DNA from: Capsulimonadaceae bacterium | GTDB taxonomy: Bacteria; Armatimonadota; Armatimonadia; Armatimonadales; Capsulimonadaceae | Assembly (NCBI GenBank): GCA_965215505.1 | Contig: OZ244065.1 | Coordinates: forward strand, 768,001 to 832,000 | Direction of reading: 5' to 3' | Length of the DNA stretch: 64,000 nucleotides | Part shown: in pieces, positions 29,879-37,800 of the stretch | How positions within the stretch are numbered: the stretch's first letter is position 1 | How the letters are laid out: each line of letters begins with the position of its first letter | The notes under the pieces: model-generated | What the model was told of the DNA's origin: nothing | The model's input: only the letters and a program-made list of their open reading frames with translations | The model's database searches: none | Position numbers and translations under genes: made by a program

Positions 29879-29947
29879 TGTCCTCTCCTTAATTCAGCGC
29901 CTCGACATCCCCCGAAACACATTCCAGGTATACCCACGCCGTCCCGG

Positions 29948-30044
29948 TCATAGCCGCCAGGTCATCATAGCCGCCAGGTCATCATAGCCGCCAGGTCATC
30001 ATAGCCGCCAGGTCATCATAGCCCCAGGTCATCATAGCCGCCAG
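29948..30044. repeat. 17-bp tandem repeat (TCATAGCCGCCAGGTCA), ~5.8 copies
   Basis: Exact units start at 29948, 29965, 29982 and 29999; a 16-bp unit with one deleted G at 30016; a partial unit at 30032-30044. No spacers. Confidence 0.95.
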
Positions 30045-31195
30045 ACTCCCGCCCGCATGGCTTCCACCATGCGCGGCGTCAGGTCCCGGTCACCGGGCCG
30101 GGGCGGGCCGAAGGTCACGTCCCAGTTCAGCCGGCCCGCCGTGTCCAGCGCGGACGCCCGCGTGTCGTCATACAGGTGCCCCACCCAGCGCGCTCTCTGC
30201 GCGCTCAGGTGCGCCTCGGCTTCCGTGAGGCTCCTCCGGGCGAGCGCGGCACGGCCGACGTCCGGCCCCTTCGGCAGCGTCTGCGCCCCGGCCTCGCCGG
30301 CAACAGAGACCGGCGCGGGCCGCGCCAGTGCGCCCAGCAGGGCGACACGCTGCCGCGTCAGCCGTCCCGCCTGATCGGCGAGGAAGCGGTCATCATTCGA
30401 TCGCAGGCGGGACTCCAACGCGTCCGCCTGCGCCTGAGCGTAGGCGGCGCGCGCCGAGAGAGTGCCCCGGACCTCGGCGGCCTGACGCTCCTGTTCGGCG
30501 TCTCGAGCCTGTACGCGCGCCGCACCCAGTTCCTGGAGCCTCGCGCGGTCCGCATCCACCTTCGCTTGCAGCGTTTCGCGCACCGGGGCGGGGGCGGGTG
30601 CCTGTTTCCAGGGGCTGCTGTCCACCGTCTGAGTCAGGGCGGCAATATCGGTCCGTAGGAGCTGCATCTCCAGGTCCGGCTGGATCGTGGTCGCCCCGGC
30701 GGGGAGCGGATACTGCGAGCGGGCGGCGCGCTGCCACCCGCTCCGCCCGGCAGCCACCTGTTCCGCCCGCGCCATCGCGCGCCGCCCGCGCAGCCCGTCC
30801 AGCAGAGACCCCTGCACGGCGGTCAGTCTTGCCCCCTCGCGCCCGATGTCTGCGGGCGGCAGGGCGTCGGCGGGGCGGGCGGGGCCGGCCGGCAGGGCAG
30901 GCAGCGTCGCGATCTTCTCGTCCGGCCGGTCCGGGGGCGGCAGGGCGCGCGCCGCCGCTTCCAGCCGTCGCAGGGCGGCGTCGTATCGCCCCACCCCGCT
31001 CCAGCCCGGATGCCGGCGCGTCAGGGCGTCCAGGCGAACATAGCCGCGCAGGGGCGGGGCGGGGGCCGGACGCCTGGTGGCCGCGCACCCGCCGCAGAGC
31101 AGGGCGAACACAGTCAGTGCCGTCCAGGCTCGGGCGAGCCTACTCCCGGCGGCCCTACTTGTTGATCCGCTTGACCACGTCCGCAGTGATGTCAT
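30032..31195 (-). CDS. Putative lipoprotein, elongated OmpH/Skp-like coiled-coil protein (start uncertain)
   Basis: Lipobox-like ALLCGGC; N-terminal GYVRLDALTRRHP and C-terminal DLTPRMVEAM resemble OmpH termini; long helical middle; adjacent to skp. Confidence 0.55.
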   Translation of the reverse strand: MTSLRTWSSGSTSRAAGSRLARAWTALTVFALLCGGCAATRRPAPAPPLRGYVRLDALTRRHPGWSGVGRYDAALRRLEAAARALPPPDRPDEKIATLPALPAGPARPADALPPADIGREGARLTAVQGSLLDGLRGRRAMARAEQVAAGRSGWQRAARSQYPLPAGATTIQPDLEMQLLRTDIAALTQTVDSSPWKQAPAPAPVRETLQAKVDADRARLQELGAARVQARDAEQERQAAEVRGTLSARAAYAQAQADALESRLRSNDDRFLADQAGRLTRQRVALLGALARPAPVSVAGEAGAQTLPKGPDVGRAALARRSLTEAEAHLSAQRARWVGHLYDDTRASALDTAGRLNWDVTFGPPRPGDRDLTPRMVEAMRAGVWRL

Positions 31196-31799
31196 TGGTC
31201 GTGTATACCGCGAGGTTCGAGTCGAAGACCACGGAAAGCCCCTTCTGCTGGGCGACGGCCGCGATGGCCTCCTTGACGCTCACGGTGAACTCGGTGTTGT
31301 CCTTTTCCTGGAGCGCCTTGAGCTGGTTCTGGTAGCCGTCGCCGATCTCCGACAGGGTCGCCTTGCCCGCGTCATACTGGCTCGTCAGGGAGGCGATCTT
31401 GGCCGTGTCGGCGGGCGTCGGTGCCTTCACCTGCTGCAAGTCGGTCAGCTCCTGGGCGGCCTTGGCGGCCTGGGCCTGGAGTACGGTGGCGCGCGTCCGG
31501 TCCGCCTCGGTCGGGGAGGCTTTGCTGAGGAGGCCGCCCAGCTCGGTCTGCTCGGCCTTGGAGAGCATGATGCTGGCGGCCTGCTGGGTGAAGGCGGTGT
31601 TCAGCCGGTCGGCCAGGGCCTTCAGGTCGGTGTCATACTTGGCCTTCTTGGAGGACTCGGACTGGAGCTTCGAGATGTCCACGCTGCCGAACGTGGGCAT
31701 CCCGGAGACGGGCGCGGCCTGCACAGGCCGGGCGAGCAGGGACGGGGTCAGCGTCAGTGCGGCGGCCCCGAGGATCAGTAGTTTGCGATAGCGTGTCAT
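31155..31799 (-). CDS. skp: OmpH/Skp periplasmic chaperone
   Basis: Signal peptide, FGSVDISKL, coiled coil, VAQQKGLSVVFD...DITADVVKRIN; follows bamA. Confidence 0.85.
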   Translation of the reverse strand: MTRYRKLLILGAAALTLTPSLLARPVQAAPVSGMPTFGSVDISKLQSESSKKAKYDTDLKALADRLNTAFTQQAASIMLSKAEQTELGGLLSKASPTEADRTRATVLQAQAAKAAQELTDLQQVKAPTPADTAKIASLTSQYDAGKATLSEIGDGYQNQLKALQEKDNTEFTVSVKEAIAAVAQQKGLSVVFDSNLAVYTTNDITADVVKRINK

Positions 31800-31858
31800 A
31801 GGTTCCTTCTGTCAGGTGTTTGTTTTGTCTGTTTTGTCTGTTAGGCTTTGCCGGGCCG

Positions 31859-34030
31859 TTAGAACGACTGCCCGATGCTGAACTGCGTCCGCCCGCCGCG
31901 CGAGCCGGACGTCGGGATCGCGTAGTCCAGGCGGATGGGGCCGATGGGCGTGACCAGCCGGATGCCCAGCCCGTAGTCCGCCTGGAGCTGGAAGTTCGAG
32001 TGCTGACGCAGGCCCGGCTGCTGGTAGATGCTGCCCCAGGCGTCCCCGCCGTCGAACAGAAGCACGCCCTGGAAGTTGTTGTCCTTCTTGCTGAACGGGA
32101 GCCGCAGCTCGGCCTGGAAGAGGGCAAGATTGCTGCCCCAGAACCGGTCCGTGTCGTACCCGCGCAGCGAGTCCGCGCCGCCGAGGAAGTACTGCTCGAA
32201 GAACGGGATGTTCTTGGCCGTCGCCCCGATCAGCAGGTGCGTCGCCAGGACGCGCTTGGGCTGGTTGAAGTTGCCGACCTTGCGCGGCCCCTCCAGGCTG
32301 GAGTACTGACGCAGGTCCAGGCCCAGCTTGCCGAAGTTCTCGCGGCCCGGCGGGAGCGGGCTGACCGCCAGACTGTCCGAGGCGCGGGTGCGGGCGGTCA
32401 CGATCTCGTAGGAGAGGGAGCGGAAGCCGCCCGCGGCGGGCGCGTCCGCGTTGTCCCGGTTGCTGAAAATGCCGCGCGCGCCCAGCCCGAAGACGGTGCC
32501 GTTCTGACGGATGAACTGGTCCTGAGTCAGCAGGGTGACGTTGTCGGTGCTGACGTCCTCGCCCCGGAACGTGATGCCGCCGGTCAGGAAGTCGCTGATG
32601 GAGCGGTTGACGCCCACGACGCCGCCTCGGCGTCGCTCCAGGTAGGTGTTGTCGTTACCGGTGGTGGTGCCCCCACTCTGGAACTGGCCCGAGTTGAACC
32701 GGTAGACGGCCTTGTCATAGACGTCCACGTCCAGTGAGGTGTGCTTCTTGTCCAAATACGGTTCGAAGAAGCCGAGTTCCAGGCTGCTCTGGCTGTTGAT
32801 ACCGCCGACCTCCCACTGGAGGCTGACGCGCTCGCCCAGACCGCGGAAGTTGTTCTGCGCGAGTTCCGCCCGCCCGACCAGCTTGGAGCGCGAGGAGTAG
32901 CCGACGCCAACCGAGACCTGGCCGCTGCGCTTCTCGGCCACGGGAATCACGACGTCAATCTTACCCACGTCCACCGGGTTCAGGTCGGCCGGGCCGACCT
33001 CGTCGAACAGCCCAAGGCCGTAGATGCGGGTCTCCTCGCGCTGGAGTTTGTGCTGGTCCAGCACGTCGCCGACCTTGGAGCGCATCTCGCGGGTGACGAC
33101 CTGCGTCTTGGTCTGCTTGTTACCCTTGACCGTGATCGAGTTGATGTGCGCTTCCACCAGGGGGATGTTGAGGACGCCGGTCAGCGGATCAATGTTGATG
33201 TCGGAGCTGACATCGAAGATGTACCCCTGCTGGGCGACATAGCCGGTCTGGTGGTTGGTCAGGCCGTCCAAGTCCCGCTCCAGGACGTTGGCGTTCAGGA
33301 CCTTGCCCTCCTGCGTGACCATCCGCGCCTTGAGGACGGACGAGGGGATCGTCGGCTCGCCCGTCGGCGTGTTCGCCGTGAATTTGATCGCCTTGACGAC
33401 CGGGTTCTCCCGCACCGTGAAGGTCACGTCCACGCCGCCGGCCGGGTCCGGCTCGGCCCCGACGCCCACGTCGCCGTTGAAATAGCCCATGCCTTTGACC
33501 GCGTCGCGGGCGGCGTCAGCCAGCCCGGCGGTGTAGGAGTTGCCGAGCCGCAGGCCCGCCGAGGAGGCGACGGCGCGGATGGCGTCGCCGTTGATGTTGG
33601 CATTGCCGACGATCGAGATGCGCGAGACGCGGCCCGTGAGCTGCGGTGCCCCCGGCCCGCCGCCGTCGCCCGTCGCCGCGCCGGGCAGGTTGAGCGGGGG
33701 CAGGTTGAAGGCGGGCGGGGCGGCGGGGGGCCCGGCGGGCGTCGGGTTGCCCGGCGGGGGCGCGACCGGCGGCGTGGCGACCGGGGGCGTGACGATGGGC
33801 GGGTTGGTGACGGACGGCAGAGTCGGCGCGGGGGCACCCGCACCGCCCGGCGGCGGGCCGGACGCCCCGCCGGGGGCCGGGGTCACCGCCCCGCCGGGCG
33901 AGGTCGTCCCCGCGTCCTGTGCGGAGGCGGGGGTCTGCGGCGGCAGGCTGAGGAGGGCGATTGAGGCAGACACGACGAGGGCGCAAGCTTTCCGTTTCAC
34001 TTGCGCCCGATTTTTATCCCAGAGTACCAA
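31859..34030 (-). CDS. bamA: Omp85/BamA outer-membrane assembly factor with Pro-rich N-terminus
   Basis: POTRA motifs (IVGNANI, VKGNKQTKTQVVTREM), GGADSLRGY, GIRLVTPIGPIRLDY, C-terminal FSIGQSF. Confidence 0.93.
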   Translation of the reverse strand: MVLWDKNRAQVKRKACALVVSASIALLSLPPQTPASAQDAGTTSPGGAVTPAPGGASGPPPGGAGAPAPTLPSVTNPPIVTPPVATPPVAPPPGNPTPAGPPAAPPAFNLPPLNLPGAATGDGGGPGAPQLTGRVSRISIVGNANINGDAIRAVASSAGLRLGNSYTAGLADAARDAVKGMGYFNGDVGVGAEPDPAGGVDVTFTVRENPVVKAIKFTANTPTGEPTIPSSVLKARMVTQEGKVLNANVLERDLDGLTNHQTGYVAQQGYIFDVSSDINIDPLTGVLNIPLVEAHINSITVKGNKQTKTQVVTREMRSKVGDVLDQHKLQREETRIYGLGLFDEVGPADLNPVDVGKIDVVIPVAEKRSGQVSVGVGYSSRSKLVGRAELAQNNFRGLGERVSLQWEVGGINSQSSLELGFFEPYLDKKHTSLDVDVYDKAVYRFNSGQFQSGGTTTGNDNTYLERRRGGVVGVNRSISDFLTGGITFRGEDVSTDNVTLLTQDQFIRQNGTVFGLGARGIFSNRDNADAPAAGGFRSLSYEIVTARTRASDSLAVSPLPPGRENFGKLGLDLRQYSSLEGPRKVGNFNQPKRVLATHLLIGATAKNIPFFEQYFLGGADSLRGYDTDRFWGSNLALFQAELRLPFSKKDNNFQGVLLFDGGDAWGSIYQQPGLRQHSNFQLQADYGLGIRLVTPIGPIRLDYAIPTSGSRGGRTQFSIGQSF

Positions 34031-34083
34031 ACATTCGCTCCCTTGTGAGTTCCCGCATTCTCAGGCTTCAGGCCCGGCGGCAT

Positions 34084-34734
34084 TCAGGTCTTCAGGTACG
34101 GCTCGACTTTCTGCCGCACCATCGCCCGCGCCCGGTTGATCCGCGTCTTGACCGCTTCCAGGGTCAGGCCGGTGACTTCGACGATCTCGTTGTATGATAA
34201 CCCGTCCACGTCCCGCAGGACGAGGACGCTCTTGTAGGCGGGCTGGAGGCTGTCCACGGCCCGATTGATCTGGGCCTGCAATTCCTTCTGCTCCAGCAGC
34301 GGTGCGGGGGAAGCGCTCCAGTCCGCGATCTCGCGCGTCTGGGCGGCCTCTTCGGCACCCGCCGCGTCCCCGGCCATGCCGGCGTCCAGGGACGGGCCTT
34401 CCATCTCACGCTGGCGGTCCCGCTGCTTGAACCGGTTCTTGCAGTGGTTCTCCGCGATGCGGAAGAGCCAGGTCGTGACCTTGGCGTCGCCTCGGAACTG
34501 GTCCCGCGCCCTGTGGGCGGAAAGGAAAGTCTCCTGGGTCAGGTCCTCCGCCTCCTCGCGGCTCCCGACCCGCTGGTAGATCGAGTTGTAGATCTTTTCG
34601 CCGTAGCGGGCGTAGAGGGCGTTGAAGTCGTGGACCAGCGCCACCTCATCGGGCAGCGCGGCGGCCCCGTCACGCGGCGTCCCGGAATCCCATCCGTTAT
34701 TTGGTTTGTTCCGAGCGCGCGGCACCAGGGCCAT
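34084..34734 (-). CDS. ECF sigma-70 factor (RpoE/SigW-like)
   Basis: AEDLTQETF, TWLFRIAEN, LSYNEIVE, VKTRINRAR motifs. Start placed at ATG 34734, downstream of the ECF-like promoter. Confidence 0.9.
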   Translation of the reverse strand: MALVPRARNKPNNGWDSGTPRDGAAALPDEVALVHDFNALYARYGEKIYNSIYQRVGSREEAEDLTQETFLSAHRARDQFRGDAKVTTWLFRIAENHCKNRFKQRDRQREMEGPSLDAGMAGDAAGAEEAAQTREIADWSASPAPLLEQKELQAQINRAVDSLQPAYKSVLVLRDVDGLSYNEIVEVTGLTLEAVKTRINRARAMVRQKVEPYLKT

Positions 34735-34749
34735 TGCGTCATTCCTTTG

Positions 34750-34775
34750 GACAAAACTGAAAGCGAAAGGTTTCA
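34750..34775 (-). promoter_or_regulatory. ECF-type promoter, probably autoregulatory
   Basis: Minus strand TGAAAC-N16-TGTC(CAA), preceded by an A-tract, immediately upstream of the sigma gene. Confidence 0.6.
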
Positions 34776-34812
34776 CTTTTTTCTTTTCGGCCACGAAGCG
34801 GCAGGGGACTGG

Positions 34813-37800
34813 CTAGAATTTCAGCACGCCTTCCAGCGTTACCGTGTTGTTCTTCTGGTCGTCGGTCGAGACGCCGATGCGGTAGCGGCTGGTGATGTCG
34901 TACCCCAGTTTCAGGGTGTACTGCGGCGGCAGCAGAGTCTGGTCGGTCACGCCGCGCGCCCCGAAGGAACGCGAGAAGGTGACGTCCACTTTGGGTCCGA
35001 TCTGCTTGGTCACGGTCACGAAGACCGGCTGGTTCGGGTCGTAAGTAACGTTGACGTCTTCCAGCCCCAGCGCGCCCGCCAGCGACTCGGTCAGCGGCGT
35101 CAGCAGGGTCGGGATGGCAACGTTCGCGAGGGCGGTCTTGAACTGGTCCTCCAGGACGGTCTGGCCGCCTGACCCGCCCCCGGCCGCCGCCACCAGGGCA
35201 CCGGCGGGGATCAGGGCGGCCACCATCTGCGCCTTGGTCAGCCCGGCGGGGGACGAGTAGAAGTCGTCGTGCAGCTTGGCCGGGTCGGTCGAGCCGAGCA
35301 GGCCGTAGATGTGTACGGTGATGGTGTAGCGCTGCCGGTCGCTGCTGAGGGGGTTGGTGCCGCCGAACGCGGTGTTCCCCTGCGGGGCGGTCTCGCCGAT
35401 GCCGCTCCCCGCCACCGTCCGGTACTGCGCCAGCGTGGCCTGGGTGGGCGAGACCGTCGTCTGCGCCCAGATGTTGACATTGGTCTGGAGGCCCGGCACG
35501 CCGTTCTCATCCTGCCGGGGGTACTCCACGCGGACGACGTTGTTCCCGTTCCCGTTGAGGCTGATCGCCTCGGTGTCGCGGGGCTTGACGATTTTCAGCA
35601 GCGTCGAGGGCGGCAGGATGAACTGGCCGCGCTCCACCTGCAAGGTCCCGGCGAAGCGCGGGGCGAGCAGGCTGCCCTGGAGCCTCACCTGGCCCCCCGC
35701 CTCCGCTTGCAGCAGCCCGCCCTGAACGCGCACGGTCTTGGTGCGCCCGCCGCCGAGCTGCAAGACCACGTCGAACGTCGGATCGAATGGGGAGGGCGCT
35801 TTCGCGGCGTCCGCGCCGCCCGTGGGCGAGGGGAGCGTCGCGGTCGCGTTGCTGATCACGATGGGCGCGTCAGGGGGCGTGGCGATGACCGGCGTCTCGA
35901 ACGGACCCGTGACCGTCAGGACGCCGTTGATGGTCGCCTTCAGGGCGCTCTGGAAACTCTTCGCCAGCAGGTTCTGCTTGCTGTTCTCGTCCACGCCGAG
36001 GTCTTTGGTCGTCAGCCGCAGGCTGAGACTCTGGCTGCCGAGGAGGCCCGCGCCACCCGTCAGCGTGAAGCCGCCGCCTTTGCTGGACCGACCGGTGAAC
36101 GTCTGGACGGTCGCCTTGTTATCCGCAAGAACAACGATCGCGTTGATTTTGTTCACCGAAGTGTCGAAGCCGGCCAGCCCGAAGGACGCATCGGAGAGGG
36201 TCGCCAGGCCCGACAACTGCCCGCCGCCGAAGTTCGCGGTGACCGACAGGCGTCCGCCCGTCTTCTTCGGGTCCACGACGCCGGGGCTGAACCCGGCCAG
36301 CGCGGAGAGGTCTTGGACGTTCAGGACGGCCCGCAGGTCCTGGTCGGGCAGGCGGGCGGCCTCGCGATTCGCCGCGCCCAGGCTTGTGGCCGTGATCAGA
36401 GGCAGGCTGCCGGAGAGCGTCGCGACGAGGCGGCCGTTCTTGAACGCGGACAGCTCGCTCACGGTCAGGATTTTGGGAGCGTCCGGCGTGGCCGAGGCCA
36501 GCGTGATCGCGCCGCTGCGGATGCTGTCCAGGGCATAGGCGGGCGTGTCCGCGCTGACGACCTCACTGGCCGCCGGTTTGGCAGGCTTCTTGGCACCCTT
36601 CTTCCCGGCCTGTATGGCGATGACGGCCGGTTTCGGGGCGGCGCCTTCGGGATTGGAAAGACTGACCGAGGCAACCAGGTTGGGCGAGCGGGTCGGGCCG
36701 GACGCGTCAACGGACAGGGCGCTGACCTCGCGCGGCAGGGCGCGCAGGAACGGGACGGCAGGCGGGAAGGCGGTCCCGAGGAGCGCCAGCGGGATGTTGG
36801 AGGCGTCCAGAGTGGCGGCGATGTCGCCGTCTAGATTCGCCGTGCCGGAGACGTTCAGGAAGGCGCGCTCGTTGGTCGCGCGGAGCTGATGCACGGTGAC
36901 GGTCCGGTCGCGGTACTCCACGTCCGCCGAGGCCGCCCCGACCGGGACATTGGCCGCCAGCAGGTCGGTGGCGGCGGCCTTGACCGACCCGGAGGGCCGC
37001 GCGCCCGCCGTGTAGGCGAGGGTAGCCGTCAGGCCGGCCAGCTTTGTGTCGCCCAGCGTCAGGGCCTTGGCGCTCAGGTCCGCCCGCGCCGTCAGGGCGG
37101 AAAGCGGCCCGTCCAAAGTCAGGCGCGGCAGGGCGAACATCCCCGAGATGGGCTGCGGCAGGTCCGAGACCCGCGCCAGGAGGCTCTTCCCGGCGGCAGT
37201 CTGGGCGAACCGGCTGGCCCGCAGAGTCGCGAAAACGTGCGAGAGCCGTTCCGGGGCGCTTAAGGGGATGGCTCCCGCCAGGGCGAGCGCCCCGACTCGG
37301 TGCGGGTGGGCTGGCGTCGGGAGTGTCAGGCGCAGGGAATTGACGTCGTACTCCACCGGCCCGCCGGCCTCGCCGACGTAGTCGGTCGGGGGCGAAACGA
37401 TGAACCGCCACGGGCCGCCGGTCTGCGTCAGGACGCCGTCGTCGTAGCGGCCCGCCAGCGCAAGCGGCGCGAAGGTCTGGCCGTCCACGACGAGGTCAGG
37501 CAGGGTGAGCGAGGTCAGGGCCACATGGGGGGCTTGCGCGGTCCCGCTGAAATGGCCGGCGAAGCCCAGCGTGCCGTCCACGTCCGCCGAGGGCAGCAGC
37601 AGCGAGTCGAACCGGGCGAGGTCCAGGCCCGAAGCCGCGAAGTCCGCGCGCAGCAGCCCCGAGGCCGTCCGCTCCCCGCTGGCCCGCAGTGTCGCCCCCT
37701 CCGACCGGACGAGGCCGTTCTGGACGCGCAGGACGCCCAGGGCGTAGCGGACGTCGGCGGCGACGAGGTCCAGGCGGTAGTTCCCGACCGTGGCGTCCGA

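Noticed and set aside
29948-30044. CRISPR array
   Set aside because: Units are directly adjacent with no unique spacers, only 17 bp long, and no cas genes are present.
31818-31842. TGTTTTGTC short duplication between bamA and skp
   Set aside because: Only about two copies of a low-complexity unit; no supportable function.
34735-34794. Longer sigma-factor start at 34794 (MAEKKKVKPF...)
   Set aside because: This AT-rich stretch reads better as the ECF promoter and A-tract than as coding sequence.
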